DNA of 64,000 nt from assembly GCA_050287085.1 (NCBI GenBank), contig JBNKBE010000016.1, positions 64,001 through 128,000 on the forward strand, in the 5' to 3' direction. Below the pieces are notes generated by a model, which was not told the DNA's origin, did not search any database, and saw only the letters and a program-made list of their open reading frames with translations. The position numbers and the translations under genes were made by a program. The stretch's first letter is position 1. Every line of letters begins with the position of its first letter. The DNA comes from Polyangiaceae bacterium. GTDB lineage: Bacteria > Myxococcota_A > Polyangia > Polyangiales > Polyangiaceae. This document shows positions 28,107-37,992 of this stretch, piece after piece.

Positions 28107-28325
28107 GGGCGCCCCGGGCCTCGCAGGGCGCGATCGAGTGGCGGCCAAGCGATAGGTCGACGTTCCAGTCAACATGGAGGTTGCTCGACACACTGCAGGT
28201 CACCGTCGCACAAGAGCGCGCTTCGGCACGGAGGGCGTCATTGTCATGTCATTGCTGCTACCACGCAGGGGTACGGGTTTGCTCGATGTGATGGGCAGCT
28301 TGTTCGACACGCCAGGAGATTGTTT

Positions 28326-29510
28326 ATGATACGCGCTACTTCCGCTCTTCCCGCCATGGTTCTGTTGTTGCTTGCCGGGGCAGCTTGTTCCTCCACCAGC
28401 TCGCAAGAAGGCAGCAACGGAGGCACCTCGACTCAGGCGGGAGCAGGGGCCGGTGGCGGGGCGGTCTCGGGCGCGCCAGGCACGTCGGAACAAGGCGGGA
28501 CTGCCGGTGCAGAAGAACAAGGGGGAACTACTGGCCTCGGCGAAGCGGGGGCAGAGGGCGGCCCCGCAGCGGGTACGGGAGGTACCTCGGGCGCGGCTGG
28601 CGCAGGCGATACCATGACCTCGGGTGGGGCGGGCGCTCAGGGAGAGGGGGGCGCAGCGGGTGCAACCGAGACGGCAGGGGCCGCAGGGGCTGACTCCGGG
28701 GGAGCTGGCGCTGGCGGTTCCGAGGGTATGGAGGTGATGGGCAGCGACGGCTGCGGCGAAGCCAAGACGCTGCAGAATGGAGTGATCAACATTAACTCCG
28801 GGGGCGCGCGCAAGTACTTCCTGGCCGTGCCTGACGACTACGACAACACCCATCCCTACCGCTTGGTGTTCGCCTTTGCAGAGTCGGGGGCTTCCGCGCA
28901 ATCAGTCGTGGATCGGAACTACTTCACGCTCAAGACTCTGGACAGCGAGCGCACGACCATATTCGTGGCGCCGGACGCGGCCAACGGGGCTGGCTCCTGG
29001 AGCAGGTCGGACCTGGATCTGACGGATGCGATCCTTGCGGAGCTCGAAAGCGATCTGTGTATCGACAAGACTCGCATCTTTGCGACGGGCTTCAGCTTTG
29101 GTGGAGCCATGTCCCTGGCGATTGCATGCCAGCGAGCGGACGTATTCCGCGGTGTTGCCTTCTTCTCCGGTGCCGATCTCACGGGCTCTTGCAACGACCC
29201 GCTGACTACGCCCATCGCCTATTACGCTTCGCAGGCCAGCCAGGACAGCAGCGGTCCGCCGATGCCGAGCAGCGGCAGGATCAAGCAGGCGGATTTCGCA
29301 GCGGTCAACGGTTGTAGCCCAGAACCCGACGCCACCACCTTCCCAGCGCCAGGGCAGCCCCATACCTGCACGGAGTACAAGGACTGCTCAGCGGGTCATC
29401 CCACCAAGTATTGCGTGTTTGATGGTCCTCACGGATGGGAGCCGCGGGATCCGGGCGAACAGATGAGCTGGAACGCGCCCGAGGCGTGGAAGTTCATTAC
29501 GCAGTTCTAG
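28326..29510 (+). CDS. Lipoprotein alpha/beta-hydrolase (CE1 feruloyl esterase / PHB depolymerase-like)
   Basis: Lipobox LAGAA-C, Gly/Ala linker, 'YDNTHPYRLVF', nucleophile 'TGFSFGGAMS', and His in 'FDGPH'. Confidence 0.85.
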   Translation: MIRATSALPAMVLLLLAGAACSSTSSQEGSNGGTSTQAGAGAGGGAVSGAPGTSEQGGTAGAEEQGGTTGLGEAGAEGGPAAGTGGTSGAAGAGDTMTSGGAGAQGEGGAAGATETAGAAGADSGGAGAGGSEGMEVMGSDGCGEAKTLQNGVININSGGARKYFLAVPDDYDNTHPYRLVFAFAESGASAQSVVDRNYFTLKTLDSERTTIFVAPDAANGAGSWSRSDLDLTDAILAELESDLCIDKTRIFATGFSFGGAMSLAIACQRADVFRGVAFFSGADLTGSCNDPLTTPIAYYASQASQDSSGPPMPSSGRIKQADFAAVNGCSPEPDATTFPAPGQPHTCTEYKDCSAGHPTKYCVFDGPHGWEPRDPGEQMSWNAPEAWKFITQF

Positions 29511-29567
29511 TTCGCCCCGGCTCCAGCTAGCCCCAGCGGGGGTGACGGTTTGCGCTGCGCGTTGCTC

Positions 29568-30572
29568 TCAGGCTTCGAGGGTAAAGCGCGCTCGAAACGT
29601 CTCCCCCGAGCGCTCGGACCAGATCCGTCCTCGATGGCGTGCCACAACCTTTCGCATGATCAGGAAGGGCAAGCGTTCTCCCCGTTCGAGGTCGTTCATC
29701 CCGGCGGGGGAGAATACGTCGCGAGGGCGACGAGTACTCGGCAGCGCGTAGGAGAGCGAAAACGTGGGCGTCGTTTCTGGGGTGTCGCGTTCCACCGAGA
29801 AATTGATGCGGCCGAGGGCATGGGTGACGGCGTCTTCCAGAAGGTGCCGGAGCAAGATCTTGAGCAGCGTGGGGGCAGCCAAGACCTGTGGCTCTTCTCC
29901 CACCCAATCGAAGCGCTCCAGGGCCGTGTCTTGGCCGATCTCCTCGAGCAGGTTCCGCGCTATGCTTGTGACTGAGCAGGGGGAGCGCTTGGGGTCGAGC
30001 CCGCCGAGGTCCGAGAGGTGACGGAAGTCGTTGACCATCCGCGTCAAGATGCGCACTTGTTCGCCTAGCGCGTCGCAGAGGCCAAGCGCTTCTGGCGGTA
30101 GGTTCTGGCCGTAGTCTAGTGCCAGTTCTTCGAGTAGGACCTGCATGCGTCGCAGCGGCTCGCGCATGTCGTGAGCTGTGATGTGGGCAAACTGAAACAA
30201 GTTCTGGCTCGTCTGCCGTGTGAGCGCTTCCCCGGTTTTTGTCTTGGTAATGTTGCGCGAAAAGATGATGACGCCGTCGTCGATTGCTTGAAGTGATAGC
30301 TCGTGAAATGCTCTTGTTCCGTCGGGAAACGTAAACTCGTTGAGCACCTGCTCCGGTCGGCGCGAGTTCCGACAGCTATGAATCTGGCGGTAAATCTCGG
30401 TGTCTTCAATACCCGGAAACTTCTCGCTCATGGCAAAGCCGACGACCTGCTCGGAGGTCATGCCGATCTCACTTAGCAACGCCGGGTTAAGGTAAACGTA
30501 GCGCATGTCGTCGTCGATGATCTGCACACCGTCCGAGAGCTGTTCAAAGATGGCGTAGCGCTCAGTGTTCAA
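29568..30572 (-). CDS. PAS plus HisKA protein with a degenerate ATPase domain
   Basis: PAS at the N-terminus and H-box 'AHDMREPLRRM'. The N, G1 and G2 boxes are not conserved. Confidence 0.8.
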   Translation of the reverse strand: MNTERYAIFEQLSDGVQIIDDDMRYVYLNPALLSEIGMTSEQVVGFAMSEKFPGIEDTEIYRQIHSCRNSRRPEQVLNEFTFPDGTRAFHELSLQAIDDGVIIFSRNITKTKTGEALTRQTSQNLFQFAHITAHDMREPLRRMQVLLEELALDYGQNLPPEALGLCDALGEQVRILTRMVNDFRHLSDLGGLDPKRSPCSVTSIARNLLEEIGQDTALERFDWVGEEPQVLAAPTLLKILLRHLLEDAVTHALGRINFSVERDTPETTPTFSLSYALPSTRRPRDVFSPAGMNDLERGERLPFLIMRKVVARHRGRIWSERSGETFRARFTLEA

Positions 30573-30967
30573 ACCAGTGACTCCAAGAAAGAAAGGGCGG
30601 CGCGTCGACCATCGAACTTCTGGGTGAATTCAGCTCCCAGTGCTTTGGCTTGAAGCATGTCCTGCTGGCTGTCCGAGTGGGTCAGTATGGTGATGACGGG
30701 CAGTGTTGCTAGTTCATCGTACTGACGCACCCGTGCAAGCACCTCGAAGCCTGTCATTCCGGGCATGTTGACATCCAAGAAGACGATTGCCGGCATGGCT
30801 TCAGTGCCTTCAACAACGGTCTCGATGTAGGCGAGAAAGTCTTCCCCTGAATAGAACGCACGAAAGTCGTTAGTGAGAGTCGATAGCTCAAGACTGCGCT
30901 TCATCAGTCGAACGTCGATTTCGTCGTCATCAACCATGACGATCGCGTTCTGGTTTGCGAGCTTCAT
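30569..30967 (-). CDS. Single-domain response regulator
   Basis: 'MVDDD', 'FLDVNMPGMTGFEVL', 'ILTHS', and Lys in 'FTQK'. Confidence 0.92.
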   Translation of the reverse strand: MKLANQNAIVMVDDDEIDVRLMKRSLELSTLTNDFRAFYSGEDFLAYIETVVEGTEAMPAIVFLDVNMPGMTGFEVLARVRQYDELATLPVITILTHSDSQQDMLQAKALGAEFTQKFDGRRAALSFLESLV

Positions 30968-31239
30968 CCCCTAAGCGATGGCCTTTGAGTCGGCTTGAGT
31001 CAATCCGAAAAGGTGCGGCGTTCACCTCGTCTCATATCCCGCACAAGTGGCGCTCCGACCAGGTAGGCGGTGTGCGGTGCTGTCATGACAGAATCCGACT
31101 GCAGCGCCCGGGTAATCACCACGCGGCGGGCGGCTTCCCAGCGCCGCAGGCCTCCGCTCGGCGGCCATCATAGCCCGATCCAAGCGGCGCCGGGACGGTG
31201 AGGCGGCAGGATTGCGGACTCTCACCCTTGGGCTGGTAA

Positions 31240-32499
31240 CTACCATCCGTCTGGCGTGTACCACTTCTCCTGCTCACCCAGCGGGTCCTGGATCTGCCAG
31301 CATGAAATGGACCCGTCGGTACGGATGCCGCACACGCTCCAGTCTCCGGCATCCACCTCCGTGAACGTGCCGAGTGGTGTGTAGGTCAGGCCATCACTGA
31401 AGGTGACGCACTGCAGTTGACCATCCCCAGATAGGGCGCAGAGCCCCAGGTCGTTCACTGCGAGTTTGGTGTAGCGCCCCATCAAGGGACTCGAGCGAAG
31501 AGCGGTGTCACTCCCCAGATCGGAGCACCAGGGCACTCCGTCCATGTCGAGTCCGCAAGTCTGATAGGGGCTGGTGCTGATGGCAGTGTATTGGCCTTTC
31601 AGGTAGATGGAGTCGGAGGAAGAGCCCAGACAGAACGCGCTGCCGTCTTGGAGCAGCACACAGCGACGCCCCCCCGCGTGGGCAACCTGGGCTGCTGTTT
31701 GCTCGGTGAGCTTTCCAGCGGCCGAGCAGCGGGCTTCGCCATTTCGGGTGACCCAGCACGTATCGTTGCTGGCTGCTTCGAATTGGACGACGTCTTCGAC
31801 ACTGTTTCCGTCGAGCACCAGGGTTCCGTCATCGAGAAGAAACACGGCTCTGCCGCCGGCAGACTCGGCGCTGCGAACGGTGCCAGGAGGCTTCGTCGCG
31901 ATGATGCTCTCTTGGACCTTCAGCTCTCGACGGCCCCACCAACAGGTGAAGGTGCCATCCGCTTTGGTAGCGCAGGGCATGCCGTCTCCAGTGGCTACCC
32001 GGATCGACGTCGCGCACACAAAATCCTCCTCGACCCAGGTGTGGTCCTCGCAGCGCTCCCGCACGTTGGTCTTCGGATTGCAGCGCACGACACCAGCCAC
32101 GCAGTCCAGCTCTGAGCCGTTCGAGGGTTGGCCCCCGTCCGAATCGTGGGACGTTCCGCTGGCTGCGTCAGAAAGGCCTCCCCACGCATCGGACCCGTGT
32201 TCGCCACCGGCGTCCAGGGTCGCCGCGCGGGGACGGTTCGGAGTTTCGGCGGGGGCTTTGCCGCCGTCGATCTCGGTCGAGTCCCTGCCGGCGCTGGTTT
32301 CAGCGTCTCTTTTGTCGCGCGCAGCGCCGGCGCCTCCGGCGTCTGCGGGGGCCGGGTCGTCGATGACTCTGACCGAGCGCCCGCCATCACTTTCCAAGGT
32401 CGCAGTGGTTCGTGTGGACGTCGAGCCGCAGCCAGCGAGCGCCCCGACCGCTAGCAGCACCCCGACCGCGCCCCAGCCCGTCGAATACACCAACCCCAT
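31240..32499 (-). CDS. Lipoprotein with RCC1/BLIP-II-like repeats
   Basis: Lipobox LAG-C and repeated 'C(A/G)xxxDGxxxCW' units. Confidence 0.75.
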   Translation of the reverse strand: MGLVYSTGWGAVGVLLAVGALAGCGSTSTRTTATLESDGGRSVRVIDDPAPADAGGAGAARDKRDAETSAGRDSTEIDGGKAPAETPNRPRAATLDAGGEHGSDAWGGLSDAASGTSHDSDGGQPSNGSELDCVAGVVRCNPKTNVRERCEDHTWVEEDFVCATSIRVATGDGMPCATKADGTFTCWWGRRELKVQESIIATKPPGTVRSAESAGGRAVFLLDDGTLVLDGNSVEDVVQFEAASNDTCWVTRNGEARCSAAGKLTEQTAAQVAHAGGRRCVLLQDGSAFCLGSSSDSIYLKGQYTAISTSPYQTCGLDMDGVPWCSDLGSDTALRSSPLMGRYTKLAVNDLGLCALSGDGQLQCVTFSDGLTYTPLGTFTEVDAGDWSVCGIRTDGSISCWQIQDPLGEQEKWYTPDGW

Positions 32500-32736
32500 C
32501 GCTTGAGCGTAGCCCTTCGCTTGCCCAGCGTCTGCGCATTTTGTTGCGTTTCAGCTGCTAGGGGCCCAACTAGCCCGCCCGCCGCAGCAAGCGGCTCGGC
32601 CGGGGTAGTGGTGGGACTTTGCCCTCCGCGGGCCCTGGGTTGCGAGGGCGATCGCTGAGCTGAGAACGCGCGCGTTGTGGCGCCATTCGAGCTTGGCACG
32701 TGACAGTGACGTCCAGGCTTTGGTAGTCTGTTACCA

Positions 32737-33213
32737 ATGCATCTTCGGGGGTCTTGTCATTGTGGGCTTGTTCAGTTTGAGCTGGAGTGTCACGAGCCTT
32801 GGCCCTACATGCGTTGCTACTGCAGCATCTGCCGGAAGACGGCGGGCGCTGGCGGGTATGGCATCAATCTTGGCGGGGACAGCCGTACCTTGAGGGTGCA
32901 GGGACAGCAGCACGTCAAGGTCTACCGAGCCAAGAACCCCGAGACGGGCAAGCTCAGTGAGCACCAGCGCCATTTTTGTGCCGAGTGCGGGAGCCACCTT
33001 TGGGCCTGCAATAGTAGCTGGCCGGAGCTGGTGCACCCGGTGGCAGGCGCCATCGACACGCCCTTGCCGCCGCCCCCGGAGAGCGTACACATCATGGTGA
33101 AGTTCAGGGTACCTTGGGCGCCCGCACCGCAGGAGGGGGAGGCCCAATTTGCCGCCTACCCAGATCAGAGTCTAGCCAGTCGGCATCAGGCACACGGCTA
33201 CGAAGACAAGTGA
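32737..33213 (+). CDS. GFA (CENP-V/glutathione-dependent formaldehyde-activating) family protein
   Basis: 'GSCHCG', 'CYCSICRK', 'RHFCAECGS'. Confidence 0.92.
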   Translation: MHLRGSCHCGLVQFELECHEPWPYMRCYCSICRKTAGAGGYGINLGGDSRTLRVQGQQHVKVYRAKNPETGKLSEHQRHFCAECGSHLWACNSSWPELVHPVAGAIDTPLPPPPESVHIMVKFRVPWAPAPQEGEAQFAAYPDQSLASRHQAHGYEDK

Positions 33214-33239
33214 CGCCCGCGGCTGAAGCCGCGGGCGTC
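33212..33239. terminator. GC-rich hairpin between convergent genes
   Basis: gacgcccgcggc-tgaa-gccgcgggcgtc: a perfect 12-bp stem without a long U-tract. Confidence 0.6.
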
Positions 33240-33270
33240 GCTTGTCGGTCAGGACGACGGGCTTGCGCCC

Positions 33271-34725
33271 CTAAGCGAGCAGCTCGCTGATTTCCTGCGG
33301 TGTGTAGCGGAAGCGGGCATGGTTGCCGCTGCCCATGTTTGAAACCAGTCCGTAGGGCTTGAGCACCGTGTCGTAGAGATCCACGATGTTGTAGGCGTTG
33401 TCGTAGAAGCCGGGGCGAAAGTGACCGTTGCCTCCCGCGATGGCGTGAAAAACACCCTCGGGAATATGACCGGTTGTGACCCCGCCTCCGCCATAGTCCG
33501 TACCAATGACAACCAGGGTGTTGTCGAGCACGGTCTTGCCGTTGGCTTCAAGGTAGTTGGGGTCGTCGAGGGCGAGCAGCGCATTGGCCATGGCGACCTG
33601 ACAGTAGTGGGCATGAAGTCGGCACTTGTCCCAGCGATTGTTGTGGAAGTACGCGTCGTGCGCGCTTGTCCCTTCCAAGTCAGCTGTGAAGTTCACGCTG
33701 TCCCCCAGTGCCTCGTACGTGCCTTGCAGACCCACGTGGCCCCCGGAGCCCACAAACACCATACTGCCGAAGCGCAAGACGTCGCAGCGGAGCGCCAGCG
33801 CCATCAACTCTCCCTGGAGCTTGAAGGCAGCCGCGAAGTCCTGGTGGGTCACGCGCGGCGCACCACCACCCGTGCCGCCCTGGGCAACGTCGTAGGGAAC
33901 GTTGTTGCCTGGGTCAGTGATGCTATCCGGTATGTTGCAGATGGCTTCTTGAGAGATGGCGTCGTTGATCGCCGACTCCACCGGGGCAAGCCGCGTCTCG
34001 ACGTTGCGGATGTTGTCCAGGTGCACGGAGAGCCTGGCCTTCGATTCTGCGCCGAGCGGCGACGCATCCCCGATATAGTGCTTGTACTCACCCACGACGG
34101 CGTCGAGAACACTGCGCTTCAGGTGGCGCTCAGTGATGGCGGCCGGATCCTCGGGAACGTTGGGGTCGCTGACGGCCATGCGGTCTCCGAACATTTGCTC
34201 GAAGATGCGCGTTGGACGCCGCTCGGGCTTTTCACCCGGGCTGCCGTCTTGGTTCCAATGACGCGTGTACTGCGACACGGAGCCCGTCCGAAACCACATG
34301 CCAATGGACTTTGAGCCAAGACGCGTGGGAACCCCGTCCGGGTGCAGCTGCTTCTTGGCTAGCTGTTCGAGCGAGGGTCCGGACGCCTCATACTCCCGCT
34401 TCTGAGGGTCACCGACGAAGATGACGTCGCCGACCTTGAAATGGGGTTCCCCGGAGCCAAAGTCGTGTGCTTGGTTCAGCTCCAGATTGGTGAAGAAGGC
34501 GATCTTGTTTTCGAGCGACTTGTAGGGCTCAAGTGGTCCGGTAAACTTCTTCAGCATTTCCTCGCGCGCGATACCCAAGCCGAAGAAGAGCGTAATGAGC
34601 CGCATCGGAGGGTCTTGTTCGGCGGCGCGAACACTGGACGGTCGCATCTCTTCGAGGAAGGGCAGGCCGACGAGGACACCCCCGGCACCATGAAGGAACG
34701 TTCGGCGTGCTAGGATTTTTCTCAT
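33271..34725 (-). CDS. DUF1552 family protein
   Basis: 'ARRTFLHGAGGVLVGLPFLEEM', 'RLSVHLDNIRNVE', 'ALRCDVLR', 'TVLDNTLV'. Confidence 0.87.
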   Translation of the reverse strand: MRKILARRTFLHGAGGVLVGLPFLEEMRPSSVRAAEQDPPMRLITLFFGLGIAREEMLKKFTGPLEPYKSLENKIAFFTNLELNQAHDFGSGEPHFKVGDVIFVGDPQKREYEASGPSLEQLAKKQLHPDGVPTRLGSKSIGMWFRTGSVSQYTRHWNQDGSPGEKPERRPTRIFEQMFGDRMAVSDPNVPEDPAAITERHLKRSVLDAVVGEYKHYIGDASPLGAESKARLSVHLDNIRNVETRLAPVESAINDAISQEAICNIPDSITDPGNNVPYDVAQGGTGGGAPRVTHQDFAAAFKLQGELMALALRCDVLRFGSMVFVGSGGHVGLQGTYEALGDSVNFTADLEGTSAHDAYFHNNRWDKCRLHAHYCQVAMANALLALDDPNYLEANGKTVLDNTLVVIGTDYGGGGVTTGHIPEGVFHAIAGGNGHFRPGFYDNAYNIVDLYDTVLKPYGLVSNMGSGNHARFRYTPQEISELLA

Positions 34726-36506
34726 TGCTGGTCCTCGGCAGTCGACGGCAGAACGGTCTTGAACAATGGGCTTTCAACGACGGCCGCGATCATTGCGTTC
34801 AGTGTGCTGCCATTCTTCAAGTATTCCACCCCGACCTGTTCGGCCGCCACCCGCGCGACGGGGTCACTGCTGTGTGCGGTGGCAAAGTCAATAAAGTGTT
34901 CGGTCATACAATTCTGCACGACTGGGTTGGTCGCCAGCACCTGCATGTAGCTGGCCATGTCTGTGTATTGGGCTTCTTCTGCCTCACCCGTCGGCACCCA
35001 GCCATCGAGTGGCAGCGGCTTGCCCGTTGCATCCATCTCACCGATGTAACGCCCCATGGCGTCAAAGCGTGACAGCCCGAAGGAGAGCGGCTCAAATTGC
35101 GAGTGGCAGCCCCAACACTGAGGGCGGGTCATGCGGATAGCCGCGCGCTCGTGTTCGTTCAGGCCAGTAGTGTCGGCGGTGAAGGCTTCGATCTGGGACG
35201 AAAGGGCCGCCGGCACCGCCCCCGGGTTGCGGCACAATAGGCGTGCCATCAGGTACTTGCCGCGATTGACGAAGGAGCCCGCTTCGCGGTCTCCCATGCC
35301 TGCCAACACACCGGGATGGGACAGGATTCCCACACGCTCTTCCAGGCCGGAGACGTCGATCGGCGCAAGTTCGTCGCCGCTTCCTTCGAAGTCCACGCCG
35401 AGCAATTCAGCGACCCTCGCGTTGCCGATGAAGCGGGTTGTCGTGAACAGGTCAGCCACGCTGCCCTGGTTGGCGAAGTGGTCTTGAATGGTGGCCACAA
35501 CAGACTGGTTCAGCGCGGCTCGATCGGCGTCCGTAACGCCCACAAATGAGGCGTAACTTGCGCGCCCGAAGTCCGTGGCAAAGACGCGCGTGAAGCGCTC
35601 CGCCTTGGGGTCGGCGAGCATGCGCGAGACCTGGGCGCTCTGGACGTCAGGGGTGAGCAGGCTTTGGTCTGCGGCGGCAGCCAGGAGCGCATCGTCCGGA
35701 ACGCTCACCCAGATAAATGAGGCCAGTGCTGCCGCGAGTTCATAGCCGTCCAAGGGTCGCGGCTGATCGGGGGTGCCCACCGTTTCCTGTTCCATTCGGA
35801 ATAGGAACTGCGGGGCCTGTAGCAGCGCATGAATGGAGTACTGCGCGGCCGCATCGAAACCGAGGTTCTCCGCAAGGGCGCTGTCGAAGACCGATAGAAT
35901 GCCATCAACCTCCCGCTGATCGAGGGGTCTACGGTAGAGCTGGCGTCCAACCCCCTGGATCAGTCCGGTGCCGCAGGCCGAGGTGGCCTCGCTGCAAATG
36001 CCGAGGCGCGCCACAAGTGCCGCAATATCCACGCGCTTGGAGACCGCTTCAGCAACCTGGAAAAAGGCGAGCGCGTGCTGCTCGATGCTTATCTGCTTGT
36101 CCGCCAGGTGCTTGAAGACGCCGTCGCCGCTGTCGTCCGGGACGCCGTCTTGGCTCGCGTCCAGTTCGGCGGGAAGGAGGCTCACGCCCAGGACGTCCTG
36201 GATGCTGTATTCGTACTCGAACTTGCTCAGACGTCGCGCGAACGCTCTGCGGCTGAGCACGCTCGGCCTCTCATCTTCAATGCCAGCACCACCCGTGCTG
36301 CTACCTGGACCGCCGACTCCGGCAGTTCCTGCATACGAGCCCCCGGCTGTGTTCATCGTATCGGCTCCACCTCCGCTGCCTGGAGAAGCCGGATCACCGG
36401 GGTTATTCCCTGGGTTTGCGGGTTCCGAACACGCGACGAATAGCGTCGCTGCCAGCAGGACCGCAATAGGTCCCGACTCACGATTATTGACCATACTGCT
36501 GACCAT
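34722..36506 (-). CDS. DUF1592/DUF1588/DUF1595 lipoprotein with a CxxCH motif
   Basis: 'RRLSKFEYEYSIQDVLG', 'LLQAPQFLFRME', 'LDGYELAAALASFIW..VPDD.L', 'RVGILSHPG', 'CWGCH'. Coupled to the DUF1552 gene. Confidence 0.87.
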   Translation of the reverse strand: MVSSMVNNRESGPIAVLLAATLFVACSEPANPGNNPGDPASPGSGGGADTMNTAGGSYAGTAGVGGPGSSTGGAGIEDERPSVLSRRAFARRLSKFEYEYSIQDVLGVSLLPAELDASQDGVPDDSGDGVFKHLADKQISIEQHALAFFQVAEAVSKRVDIAALVARLGICSEATSACGTGLIQGVGRQLYRRPLDQREVDGILSVFDSALAENLGFDAAAQYSIHALLQAPQFLFRMEQETVGTPDQPRPLDGYELAAALASFIWVSVPDDALLAAAADQSLLTPDVQSAQVSRMLADPKAERFTRVFATDFGRASYASFVGVTDADRAALNQSVVATIQDHFANQGSVADLFTTTRFIGNARVAELLGVDFEGSGDELAPIDVSGLEERVGILSHPGVLAGMGDREAGSFVNRGKYLMARLLCRNPGAVPAALSSQIEAFTADTTGLNEHERAAIRMTRPQCWGCHSQFEPLSFGLSRFDAMGRYIGEMDATGKPLPLDGWVPTGEAEEAQYTDMASYMQVLATNPVVQNCMTEHFIDFATAHSSDPVARVAAEQVGVEYLKNGSTLNAMIAAVVESPLFKTVLPSTAEDQQ

Positions 36507-37022
36507 TCATTGACCAAACCGCCTCGACGCTCTCACCGTGCATTCAGGAAAGCCAACGCAAGCATACCCCACCCTACGAGCGTTTCAATCCACCGCTAAG
36601 GGCACGACAACGTTGAATTCGCTCCAACTGCGAATTCTCCTCTTGAGGGCGAATTGCCCCGGCCACGCCTCAGGCTCACTTGGGGCTGACTCGGTTCCAG
36701 TTTCCGCGGAAACGGCTGTGCTGATCGAAATGTCACCAGTGGGCCCGGCTTGTTGCAACCTGAAGTCACTAGGCTGGTCCGGGGCTAGCAGGCGGTGAAC
36801 CTTTCGTAGGCACGTCTCAAAGAGTCGAGCGCGGAGCGTCGTAGCGAGTAGCCTCCAGCGCCGGTCCGTCGCGCCGAGACGCGCGGCGCGAGATGAGCCG
36901 AGGCGCAACCTGTGCTTCCTCTCGCACGCGGCAATACGCGGCGGACGGCGCGGTAGTGGGATGAGCGGCGGAGCCGACTAATCGACTTTCAGATATCGAC
37001 GGTGGTGATTACTCTATCTCGC

Positions 37023-37898
37023 GTGGAATGGCTCAACTTCAGGCATCTGTACGCCTTCTGGTGTGTCAGCAAATACGGCGGATTTCAGAAGGCGGCGCAG
37101 CGCATCGCGGTGTCGCAGTCCGCGTTAAGCGAACAGGTGCAACAGCTGGAAGAATACCTCGACGAACATCTGCTGGAACGCACCACGCGCTCCCTCAAGA
37201 TCACCGAGAGAGGCGTTGCGCTCCTAGCGTATGCCGACGAGATATTTGCACGCAGTCAGCTGATCAATCATCTGTTCAAGGAGAAGAACGAGAGCCCACA
37301 ACCTTCGGAGATCCGCATCGGAATGGTAGGCGGCATCTCTCGGAATTTCTTGTTCAGATTGATCCATCAGAACCTTCATGAGCGACGGGGGCTGCACATT
37401 CGCGTGGTCGATGGTTCTCTGGACGAACTCAACACGTTGCTGAAGGGCTACGAACTCGATCTGGTGTTTACGCTGGATGTTCCGCGGACACGAGACCTCG
37501 TGACGCTTGGCTATAAGACGGTCGGGGCGAGTCCCATCTGCCTCGCGGGTCGACCCGACATGGTCGCCAAGGTAAAGCGACGTCGCAGCCAGGCGCTGAA
37601 GGTCGAGCTCTTCATGTTCAATCAGCCTCGTGAAGGGAGCCAGCTGGAGGATACGCTGCGCTCCAGATTCAACTTGGACATGACTGTTTCGGTTTCGACA
37701 GACGACATCTCGTTGCTTCGCTTTCTTGCCAACTCGAGTCGGGGTCTGGCTGTCATTCCGGAAGTCGGAATCCAGGAAGATCTCGACGCTGGAATATTGT
37801 CCAAGGTTCGGCTGACCGAGTGTCTTCCTGCCGTCTTTCACGCCGTGTTCTTGAAGAACGGCTTTCATCACCAGCTGGTCCAGGACTTTCTCTCCTAG
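37023..37898 (+). CDS. LysR-family regulator, NhaR-like
   Basis: GTG start, then 'EWLNFRHLYAFW...AAQRIAVSQSALSEQVQQLEEYL'. Confidence 0.9.
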   Translation: MEWLNFRHLYAFWCVSKYGGFQKAAQRIAVSQSALSEQVQQLEEYLDEHLLERTTRSLKITERGVALLAYADEIFARSQLINHLFKEKNESPQPSEIRIGMVGGISRNFLFRLIHQNLHERRGLHIRVVDGSLDELNTLLKGYELDLVFTLDVPRTRDLVTLGYKTVGASPICLAGRPDMVAKVKRRRSQALKVELFMFNQPREGSQLEDTLRSRFNLDMTVSVSTDDISLLRFLANSSRGLAVIPEVGIQEDLDAGILSKVRLTECLPAVFHAVFLKNGFHHQLVQDFLS

Positions 37899-37917
37899 AA
37901 GTTCGCCCCTCTTAGCT

Positions 37918-37954
37918 ATCGAGATTTTCGAATGGTCATATCGAAATAATCTAA
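37918..37954. promoter_or_regulatory. Two candidate LysR boxes (T-N11-A) upstream of dabB
   Basis: ATCGAgattttCGAAT at 37918 and ATCGAaataatCTAA at 37940, 22 bp apart in an AT-rich spacer. Confidence 0.5.
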
Positions 37955-37992
37955 CTGACCTAATAGTGACTACTCCCTAAAGTAGTCGGACC

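Noticed and set aside
33421..34314. 297-aa plus-strand ORF
   Set aside because: Antisense shadow of the DUF1552 gene.
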